64,000 nt of DNA from Octopus vulgaris (lineage: Eukaryota), in contig OX597823.1 of the NCBI GenBank assembly GCA_951406725.2, positions 95,852,001 to 95,916,000 of the forward strand, given 5' to 3'. Both the position numbers and the translations under genes were made by a program. This document shows positions 28,107 to 41,440 of this stretch, piece after piece; the stretch's first letter is position 1, and each line of letters opens with the position of its first letter. The notes under the pieces are model-generated. The model saw only the letters and a list, made by a program, of their open reading frames with translations, did not search any database and was not told the origin of the DNA.

Positions 28107-28675
28107 GTCATCCCATAAATAATGCAATTTTTTGTACTTCTTTTATTTTTCAAAATAAAGATAAACAAAGTTCTATTTTAATCTAAAATACACCCACCTT
28201 CATTTTCTACAATGCTCTTTCATCTATCTGGTAGACTTGCAAAGTCTTGCTTCCAAAATTCACTTGCTCATGAAGAAAAATGGTCTTCCAGTACCGTTCT
28301 GATCTCATCTATAGAGTTCATATTTTTTCCATCCAAATGATTTTGAAGACTGCAGAAAAAATGATAATCAGATGGGGCAATGTCCAGTGAACATGGTGGG
28401 TGGGTCATCATTTCCTGTTCTAACTGCTTCAGCCTTTAGAATATCATTCTTGCTGTCTGTGGCTGAGCATTATCCTCATGGAAGAACACCTTTTGTCTTG
28501 AAACCAAAGATGATCATTTTTCTTCAAGCGCTGACTTAAGCTGCTCAAGCTGCTCACAGTAGATCTCCTTTGTTATTGTTTCATTTGGGTTTAAAAGTCC
28601 AAAGTGGACTAAACCTATCATATCCTACCAAACAGATTACATCTTATGTGGGTGACAATCTTCTTAAGCCTGGGG
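28103..28675 (-). mobile_element. Mariner fragment (3' part), same family as 16860-17755
   Basis: TIR ttgggtcatcccataaataatgc follows a (TA)n run; minus strand has HEDNA and HPPCSLDIAPSDYH motifs. Confidence 0.85.
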
Positions 28676-28699
28676 TAGTTTTAGGGAGATTCAGAGTAA

Positions 28700-28882
28700 C
28701 ACAGAATGTGACATGGTCGGCCCTTTGAATAACAAGTACAATTCATTTTTGGCAGCTGAGTGGACTGGGGCAATGTGAAATAAAGTGTCGTGCTCAAAAA
28801 TGCAACGTACTCATGGAAATCGAACTCCTGACCTTACAATCATGAGCCGAATAACCTAACCACTAAGCCATGGCCCCTTCAC
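28700..28882 (-). mobile_element. tRNA-derived SINE, family C
   Basis: Minus-strand head tggcttagtggttagg..ggagttcgatttcc (A/B boxes). Confidence 0.65.
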
Positions 28883-29736
28883 TGGGAAAAAAAATAATAA
28901 GAGAAAGAAAGATGAGGACTCGAGTGAAAGAGGTTCACGGGTTTTTCTAGCTCTGACAAGCAGGAACAGTCACAGAAACTTTAACATAGAGAGGGGAGGA
29001 CATATTCCATGAGGTGAGCCACCAGTTGTAATGGGGATGTGTGAGAAGACCTGTTAATTAGGTGACTTTGATTGGAGTTGAATCAACTAATTACCTCTCT
29101 ACCATACTATAGCAATCAACAATGACCCTCCCATTCTATAATATCTCTCAGGTGTGTTAAGGTAAGAAGTCATCATTTCTAAACTTACTAAGAGGAAGTG
29201 AGTGGTTTAGCGAAGTCTGTGGCAGGTAAATTGTCTTGAAGTAATTAGTTACTTCTCTTTACATTCTGAGTTCAATCCCAAGAAAGTCAATAAAAGAAGT
29301 ACCAAAGTATCAGTGAAATATTAGAGGTCCTAAAATTTGCCATTTCTTACCTGAAGATTAGATGCTTTCATCATCATTTTAACATCCACTTTCCATTCTT
29401 CGATTAGGTAAATTTTCCATAGCATGATGTCCTTCCTGGTGCCAACGCAAGACTGAAACCAACAACATCATTTGTATGACATTGATACTCATCTACAACC
29501 AACATTCAATGTCAAGACAAAGGTACACACATATAAAAACAATGGGCTTCTTTCAGTTTCCGTCTACCAAATCCACTGACAAGGCTTTGGTGAATCTGAA
29601 GCTATAATAGATAACACTTGCCCAAAGTGCCATGCTGTGGGACTGAACTTGAAACTGCATGGCTGGGAAGCAAGCTCCTTAACCACACAACCACGTTTTG
29701 TTTATGGGGACTAAATCTTGGATGTTAGATTTAATT

Positions 29737-29809
29737 CATTTGATTCTGCTGAAGATACCCCAAAGCCAAATCATCTGGATTTGGGGTACTTTTAGCAGAA
29801 TCAGAAATG
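29737..29809 (+). ncRNA. Pre-miRNA-like hairpin (candidate)
   Basis: tgattctgctgaagataccccaaa pairs with tttggggtacttttagcagaatca, with two G-U pairs and one mismatch on the + strand and a ~15-nt loop. Confidence 0.35.
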
Positions 29810-30954
29810 GTACAAGCATTTATGCCAGATTTCCTCCTGCCAGTCATAAGTCTTTGAAGAAGGTCATGAATGCTCCCTTTCTCCTCTGAGGAACTCATAA
29901 AATAAAAATTAAGTTATGAATCTAAGTTCTGGCCAAGTTAGCAAGATGCTGAAAAACACTTGTGTTCTGCTGTTTCACGATCAATATAAGCAGAGCTTTG
30001 CTTCATGAAACAATGTTTCAAATCCAGACTGCATACCGACAACATCAATCTGGCAATAAGAAAACGCAAACTCATAAAATAGTAGTTTCAAATTTTGGCA
30101 CAGGGCCAGCAGTTTTTGAGGCGAGGACGAGGTTGATTACAAAGATCCCAGTATACAACTGGTACTTATTTCATTGACCCCTGAATGGATGAAAGGCAAA
30201 GTTGACTCTGGTGGAATTTGAACTCACAACATAAAGTAGAACAAAATGCTGCTAAGTGTGTTGTCTGGTGTGCCAACAATTCTGCCAGCTCCCCATCTTA
30301 AACTCATGAAATAATATAGAATCTTTGAATTAGGAGAGAGGCAGAGAGAGCTGAAGAAGACATGGAGTGAAGAGAGCATTTCATTGATGAGTCATGGATG
30401 GGAATAAAAGAACTTTTTAACAAACTCAGCAGATTGTTTGACTAAATGATTAACTATGCAGTCAATTGGCTGACTGGTTAATTAGTTGACTAGTTGACAA
30501 TAAAAGAAGTGAAATATAACCAGTGCATGTGTTTATTATTATTAGCATAATGGTCTTCCCAAGATCTAACAAAATCTGTTTCAACTCAAAGTTCCCATCT
30601 AGAATATTGCAAATCAAATACAGAACCAAAAACTCTAAATTCTGTTTGCCTTGTGGTTGTGGTAAGTAAAAGGTATTTTGTGAGTGAAACAATAAAAGTC
30701 GACCTAATTTGTTCCCTTGTGGAATCAATCTGTCACCAAAAGGAACAGAACTATGTGAAAACTTCCAAATTGTTTGGCAGACAATTACATTTTTTAATTG
30801 TGTGAATTCCATTAACAATCTTTGACCAGCGTTATATTTTGTTGAAATTACACACATGCATACATGTATAAATATCTATATCTATATATGTGTATATATA
30901 TATATATATATATGCATACAAACATGCATACATGTATAAATATATATATATATT

Positions 30955-31006
<52 letters not shown>

Positions 31007-31074
31007 TGCATAAAAACATGCATACATGTATAAATATATATATGTGTATGTGTGTATATATATATCATGAATGA

Positions 31075-32880
31075 ATGGAAAGTTGTCTGGGAACGATGGC
31101 ATACCGGCGGAGATATATAAATATGGTAGCAGCCTCCTGTTGAACGAATTATGTGACCATTACTCCTTAATCTGGGAACCAGGATCAATCCCACAGGAGT
31201 TTAAAGATGCTTCTATTGTCCATCTTGATAAGCATCAAAGGCAGTAAATGTGAATGTGACCACCATAGAGGTTGTCTCCCTTTTGTGTGGCTGGGAAGAT
31301 CCTTGGAAGGGTTATCTTAAGCAGACTCAATGATGCCCTTGCTAGGTTAGTGTTGCCTGAATCCCAGTGTGGATTTCCAGCTGGTGGATATGATTTTTAG
31401 CCTAAGGCAGCTACAGGGAAAGGCTCTTGAGCACAATCGAGATATTTTTGTCCCTTTTGTAGATCTAACTAATGCTTTTGACACCATGTCTAGGGGTGCT
31501 CTTTGGGTTGTCCTTAGAAAGCTAGGTGTTCCTAAAAAGCTGCTCAATATCATCATTTCTTTCCATCAAAGGATGATGGCTTCTGTCAGATCTAGTGGGG
31601 AAGTGTCCAATACATTCACAGTCACAAAAGGGGAAAAAACAATGCTTTGTATTTCTCCATCATGTTAGAAACAGGATTCAAGGGTGTTCAAGAAGGAATA
31701 AAGTCAGTACAGAACTGGTGGTCGCTTGTTCAACCAACAGCACTTCCAAGTAAAAACTAAGACTTTGGTGCAAACAGTTCAAGATTTGCTCTTTGCAGAC
31801 AATTGTGCACTTGTAGCACGCACTCTTCAAGACATGTAATGTATTCTAAACAACTTCTCATGTACATTTGAAGGCGTTTGGGCTGACCTTCAGCATAAAT
31901 AAAAAGACTGAGCTTGTCCATCAGCCCACTTGTGACCATCTTCCCACTGTTGACCCTACTGTATATGTTGATGGGAAAGAATTAAAAACTATTTCCTCCT
32001 TCACTTATTTTGGTTCCATTATGTCCAATGATGTAAGGATGGATAAAGAAATCAAGTTCGGAATCAGAACAGCTAGCTCCACTTTCGGTAAGCTTTATTA
32101 CAGGCTATGGAACAGCCATGATGTATCGTTGAAGGTGATGGTTGATGTATATAAGTCGGTGGTGTTGACAACATTGCTTTATGGTGCTGAATCTTGGACT
32201 TTGTACTGAAAGCACATCAACCAGCTTGACGCTTTTCATATGTGATGCTTGCGTACTATCTCCAGCATAAAACCAAGTGACTATATTCACAACAGTGAGG
32301 TACTAGCAAAATGCAAGTATTGGAGCCATCCTCATCAAAGTACAGCTTTGATGGTCAGGTCATCTCACATATGAGTGATATCAGAATTCCGAAGCAATGT
32401 CTCTGGCCAGTTACCAAGAGGAAGGTCAGTTGGAAGGTCACTCTTGCATTTCAAAGACAAACTAAATCTGAAGTGATGCAACATTCACTTTTCTTCCTGG
32501 GAAAACAAAGCATCAGAATGCAGGACCTGGTGCCAGTCCTGCTTCTCCTCAATCCAAAGATTTGAGCAAAGTCGACTATGACACCGGGACCAACTTCGTG
32601 CAAGCATGGAGGCCTACTGGTAAAATGCTGCTCCTCTAAATAGAAACCTTACCTGTCATTGTGGTGTTGTGGCACGAAGCAAAGCAGGCCTTGCCATTCA
32701 CTCAAGAAAACACAGAGTAAATGATCCTGAAGCACTCAAGCAAACTGAGTCCTCAACTTGTTCCATTTGCCAAAATATTTGCAAGGAACCAGCAGACTTC
32801 AAAAGACACCTTCATGTCCAGAGAACATGATCAATGCTTTATTTTATTAAACTCTCATTTGTCGTTCATGACAAGAGAAC
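31075..32880 (+). mobile_element. Decayed RTE-clade (BovB-like) LINE ORF2: RT and C-terminus
   Basis: LPESQCGF, DMIFSLRQLQGKA, FVDLTNAFDTMSR, LFADNCAL and LLYGAESWTLY motifs with several stops. Confidence 0.92.
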
Positions 32881-32884
32881 CCAT

Positions 32885-32920
<36 letters not shown>

Positions 32921-33101
32921 AATATAAGAGAGTGGTCACTATATGGAGCCATATAGTGACCACTCTCTTATATTTATTTTGTAAAAATATTATAATATAT
33001 TATAAAATATTATAATAATCCAGGTTTCTCGGAGCACTAGGCCACTTGGTGTTGAATAGATATACTATTAAATTAGTATCTAATTCTCTCACCCTTATTA
33101 A

Positions 33102-33141
<40 letters not shown>

Positions 33142-33404
33142 TCATCATCATCATCATCTAACATCTGTTTTCCATGCTGGCATGGGTTTGAGAATTTGAG
33201 AGGAGCTGACCAATTGAAAGGTTGTCCAGGTTTCATGTCTGTTTTGGTATGGTTTCTACAGCTGGATGCCCTTCCTAATACCAACCAGGGCATATGTGTG
33301 TGTGTGTATAAAAAGGATAATAAAATGAATGAGTTACACCTGGTATATTCCATCTTCCGACTTTCATTTGCCATATATATGTATGTAAATATGTATGTGT
33401 GTGT

Positions 33405-34660
33405 ATCATCATCATCATCATCATCATTTAGCGTCCACTTTCCATGCTAGCATGGGTTGGACGGGTCAACTGGGGTCTGTGAAGCTGGAAGGCTTCGTCA
33501 GGCCCAGTCAGATCTGGCAGTGTTTCTACGGCTGGATGCCCTTCCTAACGCCAACCACTCCGCGAGTGTAGTGGGTGTTTTTTACGTGCCACCTGCACAG
33601 GTGCCAGACAGACCTGGCAAACGGCCACGAACGGATGGTGCTTTTACGTGTCACCGGCACGGGGCCAGGCGATGCTGGCAACGGACACGAACGGATGGTG
33701 CTTTTACGTGCCACCGACACGGGGCCAGACAGAGCTGGCAAACGGCCACGAACGGACGGTGCTTTTACGTGTCACCGGCACGGGGGCCAGCCGAGGCTGG
33801 CAATGAACATGAACGGATGGTGCTTTTACGTGCCACCAACACGGGGCCAGACAGAGCTGGCAAACGGCCACGAACGGACGGTGCTTTTACGTGTCACCGG
33901 CACGGGGCCAGGCGAGGCTGCCAACGAACACGAACGGATGGTGCTTTTACGTGCCACCGACACGGGGTCCAGACAGAGGTGGCAAACGGCCATGAGCGAA
34001 TGGTGCTTTTACATATCACCGACACGGGTGCCAGATGAGGCTGACAGCGGACACGAACGGGGTTCACTTAAGCCCTGCTTTCTGATATATGATTTGATTT
34101 TGATTGTTCTCACTGGTCTTGCCGGGTCTTCTGACGCACAGCATACTTCCATAGGTCTCGGTCTCTGGTCATTTCCTTGGTGAGACCTAGAGTTCGAAGG
34201 TCGTGCTTCACCACCTCGACCCAGGTTTTCCTGGGTCTACCTCTTCCACAGGTCCCCTCAACTGCCAGGGTGTGGCACTTTTTCACACACCTATCTTCAT
34301 CCATTCTCGCCACATGACCATACCAGCGCAATCGTCTCTCTTGCACACAACATCTGATGCCTCTTAGGTCCAACTTTTCTCTCAAGGTACTTACACTCTG
34401 TCGACAATGAACACTGACATTACACATCCAACAGAGCATACTAGCTTCATTTCTCGCGAGCTTACGCATGTCCTCAGCAGTCACGGCCCATGTTTCACTG
34501 CCATGTAGCATGGCTGTTCGTACACATGCATCATACAGTCTGCCTTTTACTCTGAGCGAGAGGCCTTTAGTCACCAACAGAGGTAAGAGCTCCCTAAACT
34601 TTGCCCAGGCTATTCTTACTCGAGCCGTTACACTTTCAGCACACCCACCCCCACTACTGA
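33405..34660 (-). mobile_element. Young 5'-truncated RTE LINE: ORF2 C-terminus, 3' UTR with ~60-bp tandem array, (GAT)n tail
   Basis: ORF 34110-34709 reads GGGCAESVTARVRIAWAKFRELLPLL..LHGSETW..RRLRWYGHVARM..GRGRPRKTW, and continues into the abundant tail repeat. Confidence 0.95.
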
Positions 34661-35199
34661 CTTGGTATATATTATATATATATGTATATGTATGTATGTA
34701 TACAGACACACATAGAGAGAGCCATCCTTAGATGCTTTTATTTTCCATCATATAAGTGTTTATATAAATATTAAAGATAATGATTTCATAAATTAGCACT
34801 AATGTACTCATTACGAGGTTAAAGTGTAATAGACTAAATCAATGGCGGTAGATAAGTAGTAATTAATTTCATTGATGCTGGAGGAGGGGGGTCAAGAGGC
34901 AATTGTGACTCTGGTGGAGCTATTTGAACTTGAAACAAGAAAATCAAAACCAACAGCAACAACAACAATAATAATAATAATAATGATAATTTTTTCAACT
35001 GTAGGCACAAGGCATGGAATTTGATATGGAAGGGGTTAGTTAATTACTTTGACCCCTGTGTTTGATTGGTACATATTTTATTAACTCTTAAATATTTTAT
35101 TAACTTTGGCAGAATTTGAACTCAGAACTCAGAACTCAGAGTCAGCAGAAATGCTGCTAAGCAGTTTGCCTGGCTAACAGTTCTAGCAGCTTGTGGACC

Positions 35200-35244
35200 C
35201 TAATAATGATGATGATAATGATAATAATAATAATAATAATAATA

Positions 35245-35334
<90 letters not shown>

Positions 35335-35405
35335 GTAGTGGTGGTGGCGGTGGTGGTGGGGTGGTGGTGGCGGCGGCGATGATGATGATGATGATGATGA
35401 TGATG
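35200..35405. repeat. Compound (AAT)/(GAT)/(GGT) microsatellite
   Basis: Directly visible. Confidence 0.95.
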
Positions 35406-35832
35406 AATGCCCTGATGCAGTACCAAGCAGTGGCTCTCATGGCTTCTGATCTTAACTGATTGGAAGTGTTACCATGCATATTGTTTTGTCTTGGTATAAA
35501 AGATGGGCTACAGCAAATATTCTGCTCAATACCACAGATTTGCTTGTCAGTTGTTTGACCTTAACCAGTTGAGCATGTCCCTTAGTGGCTGACGATATGT
35601 GCATCTCTGATCACGAGCAGAAGTAGTGGGGGAGCATCATAGCCATGTGTTGAAAGGAATTCTTTGGGGTTTGAATAATTCACCTCTGGAAACATGGGTG
35701 GTTCGTTCATCATCCTTAAACAACCCTTATTCAGGTACTTAATTTATCAACCCCTGAAAGGATGAAAGGCAAAGTCGACCTCAGCAGAATTTGAACTCAA
35801 AACATAGCAATGGGTGAAAGACTGCTAAGCAT

Positions 35833-36140
35833 ATACCAACAGATGACAATGTTTCTCTAAAAGAAATGCAGAAACTTTCAAAATACAAAGATCTGGAAAT
35901 AGAGGTAACTCGAATGTGGAGTCTAAAAACAGAAATAATTCCTATCATAGTGGGTGCATTAGGTATGATAAAAAATATTCAGACAAATATATAACAAAAA
36001 CACCAGATCTTACAAGTATATACAACATACAGAAAATAGCACTACTGGGCACTGTACACATCCTACGTAAAACACTTTCAATACAGTAACCATCAGAGCA
36101 TCACAACAAATCACAGAACACACCCAAGGCACACAGAGCA
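35833..36140 (+). mobile_element. R4/Dong-like non-LTR retrotransposon 3' end (restriction-like endonuclease C-terminus)
   Basis: IPTDDNVSLKEMQKLSKYKDLEIEVTRMWSLKTEIIPIIVGALG..IQKIALLGTVHILRKTL, with a frameshift. Confidence 0.8.
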
Positions 36141-36939
36141 TATATATATATCATCATCATCCTCATTTAACGTCTGTTGTCCATGCTGGCATGGGTTGGA
36201 TGGTTTGACAATGGCTGGAAGGGTGTACCAGACTCCAGTCTGATTTGGCATGGTTTCTATGGCCGGATGCTCTTCATAATGCCAACCACTCCAAGAGTGT
36301 AATATATATATATACATACATATGTATACATATTTATAATATCTGTAATAAATCTTTGGTAACTATGTAGTGCTCACCATTGGGAAGCACAGCTATATGG
36401 CACAAGATGCAAATGACCTATTGCAATATACTCTATGATGTGTGGCAGTGTGTGCGTATATATATATATATATATATAGTGATAGAAGAGGAGCTATTTG
36501 CAGATGAAGGCGTATCAAAGTGAACCATACCACGTTTGATGGTTAGACCGTATGATGCAAATCAGCAAACCAACAATCCATTCCATTAGTGAAAGAAAGT
36601 TCATTGGTGTCTGGTAATCTGCAAAACTTTCAGTGTGGCTTGAGAGTTTAGCAATAAAATGGCAGACGAATGGATTATATGCTCTCATCACAATGTGTTT
36701 TATGAGAAGATTTTATAACAGTTGTGATATATTACGAATGGTTTTTATGTCTTATTTGTTATTGTTTCTGTTGAACACCAGTTCAGTTCTGATCCAGTAG
36801 ATCTATGGTCAAAGAGAATACACAGTACAAGCTGTCTTGAGAGAAGAAATTCCTCTTATAAATAATACAGGCATAAACACACCACTAGGCCAAGAACGAC
36901 ATCATCACAATGGACGACACATACGTTTCTGCAGTGTCC

Positions 36940-36981
<42 letters not shown>

Positions 36982-37116
36982 TGGAGTAAGGACATAAATG
37001 TGAAACAAGGTGGGAAAAAGAGTACTCAAATACCAGAGGTAGAGTAATATGCTTTATTTAAAAGCAGCAGAAATTTAACAAAAGCTTTTGTTAAATTTCT
37101 GCTGCTTTTAAATAAA

Positions 37117-37165
<49 letters not shown>

Positions 37166-37288
37166 GATCATATTGACAGAGTGTGCATGCATTCATTAAA
37201 TATACATACATAAAGTGTGTGAGTGTGTGTGCACATTGATCACATAAACAAAGTGTGAATTTATTTATACATATATACATATATCTAT

Positions 37289-37338
<50 letters not shown>

Positions 37339-37779
37339 TGTACATATTGATTATATATATGTGTGTGTGTGAGTGTTGATCACATAGGAAAGTTTTTACA
37401 TATTGATTCAAATGACATAGCTTTAAGTATTTAAGTATTGACTGCATTGTGTGTTAATATGTCAATCAGATAGTGTGTGTGTGTGTGTGTGTGTGTGTAC
37501 TTGTGTTTGCATGTGAGGTGAGAGGATATTGACTAGAAAGGTAGTGTATGTAATTTCTTTTATATTGACGAAGTTTGTAAATCAGAAGTCAATTGCAGAA
37601 ATCCGGTGTATATTTATCGATTCCATTCACTGATCAACAACATTACTAACTCCACATGTCAACTGGTCAGATTTTCTGGTCTGTTATTTGCCAGGCAAGT
37701 TTCAAAGTTTCCTGATTGATATCAATAACATTATTATTGTCATCGTTGTAACAGAAATCTGCATATCACCACTTGACTA

Positions 37780-38737
37780 ATATTCTCAAATCTGTGCCAA
37801 CCACTTCTACCTGTGTCCTCTTCAGTTTTCCTCTCCTATGAATGACCTTCACTGTTGACATTTGGCATTTTCACACCCAGCACCCATCTAAACTTTAGCC
37901 TACGTTTCCACACCAACACACGTATCTCTTCTACACATACCAAACCAAGGTATTTTTAATGCCAAAATTCTATCCTCCTCCTCCTTCCCCTCTCTCTTTC
38001 TCTCCCCACGTCTCTCTCTCTTCCCTGTTAACTTTCCTTTGATATTGCTGCACTTCTTATGTGTCCATAGCTTACACCAGGTACATCTTATAGACTCTCT
38101 ACCTACACCTTTTCTTCAGAGCAAGCAAGGCCATCTACCTGAAGGGATTTGTGAATTGTCAGCCTTCCTACTTACTAAGACTTTGGTTTTTGCTAGGTTA
38201 ACTCTAAGGCCCTTCCATTCTAGACCTTGGTTCCACACCTGAAACTTCTTCTCTAGTTCTGGTAGTGATTCAACTATAAGAGCAAGGTCATCAGCATAGA
38301 GGAACTCCCAGGGACAGCCTATCTTGAATTCCTCTGTTACTGGAGGACTATGATGATCAAAAGGGGGCTGAGGACTGATCTTTGGTGAACCCCTACTTGT
38401 ATCCTGAATTCTTCACTATACTTGTTGCCAACCCTCACCTTACTGACAGTATCTCTGTACATGGCTTGTACAGGCTCTCACTGACCACTCATCTATCCCT
38501 AGTTTCCACATTGACCATCAGAGAAGGAATCGGGAGACCCGAGCCAAATACAGAGGTTTATCTTTGGCTAGTTATTTCTCCTGCAGCTGTCTTATCAGAA
38601 ATATAGCATTAGTGGTGCTTCTCCCTGACATGAAACCAAACTGCATCTCATCTAAACTAACTCTCTCCCTAATTAGTTGGACTATGACCCTCTCCGTGAC
38701 TTTCATCACCTGATCCAACAATTTGATACCTCTCATA
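37780..38737 (-). mobile_element. Decayed RTE LINE RT fragment
   Basis: RGIKLLDQVMKVTERV..LDEMQFGFMSGRSTTNAIFLIRQLQEK and WEFLYADDLALI. Confidence 0.9.
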
Positions 38738-39757
38738 CATACACATACACACATCTGTAGTGTAATATATGGACTCAGAGAATCATGTGGCTATCATAGA
38801 AAGCTCCTCTAACAGACTTGGCTAACAAACCACATAAATCCAATAAAGTGGAGTATAATGTAGAGTTCCATGCAGCTGAAATACAGGAGATCCAATCAAT
38901 GAAATCATTTCAAGAGGAGTATATGAACCATAAAAAGTCAGAGGTTAATATATTTATTTAACTGTTTGTCATCCTTAGGATTACAACTGTTTTGCAGCCT
39001 TCATCATGTAATAATAATTGCAGCATGTAATGAATTATTTTAAGCATCTGCATTTACATGCATGCTCAGCGTTATACAATACAATAGTAAATTCAACTCT
39101 CTCTATACCCTAACATACATTTATATGTACATACATGCATATATAAATGTATGTATACAAATGTGCATGTATGCATATATATATATATATATATATATTT
39201 GTAGATAAAAAACACATGATAAATGCACAAACTAACAGAAAACAAACATAGAAGGCCACCAAATCCTCATTAGTTATTGGCCAGAGGGTCAAGCAGAATT
39301 TCATGCCTTCAACAATAATATTGCTTCCCTTCTGGTAGTGCTGACAGCAAAAAGCTGCTGTGTGATGGTGAACCAATGAACAAGGGACCAAACATGACAG
39401 AAGGAGAATTAAACAAACAAGAAATATACAAATATGCAATACAGAAAGTGAACATACAAATATGAAATAAATGTAATTCAAGACAAGGGGATTAGTGGAC
39501 AGAGAAGGGACAAAGATGAAAACAAACAAGCCGAAATGTGGACACACAAACAAACTGAAATAAATAGAATATGAACTTAGAGCCAGAGAGGAGACAAAAA
39601 TATGGTTAATGCCAAGAGGGATGACTTAAACGATTAGAAACAGAAGGACAACGGAGAGACAGTGAAATATGATAAGAGTGGGAGATGACACAACCTGTCG
39701 CTTTGGCAGTCACTGTGAAAAGGAAGAGGATAAGAGATGATGATATATATATATATG

Positions 39758-41425
39758 TCTCTTATTATAAAAGGCAGATTTTATCTGCCTCCCTTTGTAA
39801 CTTATAGAAATCTACAATATAGGATTTCTTCAATTACAATTTACCTAGCATTTTTAAGAGTAGAATGCATCGGGTCATGCCAGGTCCAGTTTTTAAAATT
39901 TAAACTCCAATTAAGCAAAATTTACAGAAAACTCACATTCTGGTGTGTATGTCAAATGCTTTTCTTAATGTGGTTTACACCACACGCACACGCACACACA
40001 CAGTGTGCAACGAATAAAATGAAAGTAAATAGCGACAGAGTGATTTGAGGAAGACTAAACTGAAAGTATTTAAACCACTACTCAAAAAATAAAAAAACAC
40101 AGCAAACAGAAACAAATAAATACATAACGATTTACTCCTCACACAATTTCTTCAATTAGAGTTTACCTAAGATTTTTCAAAGTACTCCATTCGGTCATGC
40201 CATAATATATTTCTTTCAATTTCACCCCCAATTAAGACAAAATTCGAGAAAACTCAATATTTTAACATTTCACTCCGAAAGCATTGATGTACATGTGTGC
40301 GTGCGTGAGTGTGTGTGTGTGTGTGTGTGTGTGTTTGATGGGTTGTGCGACACAGAAAGTGTGGTGTGTAAGTGAAGTGCTTTTGTTAGTGTGTGTAAAG
40401 AGACAGACAGATTGAAAGACAGAAATAACTGAACTTTTTTTATTCACTTTTTGTAGTGAGTGACTGAGAGAGAAAAGAGAGAGAGAGGTTATGTATGTAT
40501 ATATGTATGTATGGCTTCAGTGACACACACACACAAAAACACATACCTACGTACACCTAAAGCACGCACACACACACACACACAAGCGGAGGGCGAACTT
40601 CATAATTTTGGTAGTATTAATTTGCGAGCGTACTTCTAAGCGCGCGTAATTGAAAGTTTTCACTATGATATCATCACGTGCGAAAAAATTCGAAGGGTTT
40701 TGAACAATTGAGATACAGATGTCACGCCTGTATTGAAACCATTGCTAAGCTGCCGTAATTGCTTAATTAAGACTTTGTTTAAATTGAAAGGGGCAAATAT
40801 GCGACGAGGTTGAAAAAAAATACCCCAGAAAAAAAATGTACTGCTGGTATTTATATAATTCACTACTATTTTGCTACAATGTCATGAAAAAGAAAAAATT
40901 TAGGTATGTAAATCGAATTCGCCACCCCCTTTTCCCCGTTTGCGTTTGTGTAAAAAAAATTATTATTTAAGTTTTAAAAATTATTTACTTTGTTCAAAAA
41001 ATATTAATATTAATTAATTTTCAAGAATTATCTAATTTTATTCTGTAAAATAGTAATTAATTCATTTATCTGTAAATCCGCGAGGTTGTTACTCAGGCAC
41101 CTAGAATGGTAACCTTCAAATAACACTATCTCCTCCGAGACCCTGCGGCGCAAGTTGACCAAAATTGAGAGTATGGTAGAAGAAGGGTTGCTCTTCCTTC
41201 CGTAGAACATAAAATTCAAATCGGACCATGTTAACACCAAAAATTATTTACATCAAAAAGATGCTTTTTTCTATGAAAATCCCTATTTTTTACGATTTTT
41301 TCACTGCTGTGTCGCCACTTTTCGGTGTATTTCGACCAGAAAAATGTTCACAAAATTTTTACTTTTCAAAATTACAATTCCAGTGGGTCGAAACAAACCT
41401 GAGCAATGCCGGGCGATACTGCTAG
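39758..41425 (+). mobile_element. Non-autonomous Helitron-like element
   Basis: 5' TC(TCTTATTATAAAA), a GC-rich subterminal segment cctgagcaatgccggg, and a CTAG end followed by T. No TSD; inserted in a TA tract. Internal ~115-bp duplication at ~39824-39940 and ~40146-40262. Confidence 0.75.
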
Positions 41426-41440
41426 TATATATATATAGCT

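Noticed and set aside
28700-28882. tRNA gene
   Set aside because: A/B boxes are present, but there is no full cloverleaf and it continues into a SINE body.
33575-34060. CRISPR-like array
   Set aside because: The variable parts are not unique spacers, units alternate between two variants, there are no cas genes, and it lies in a LINE 3' UTR.
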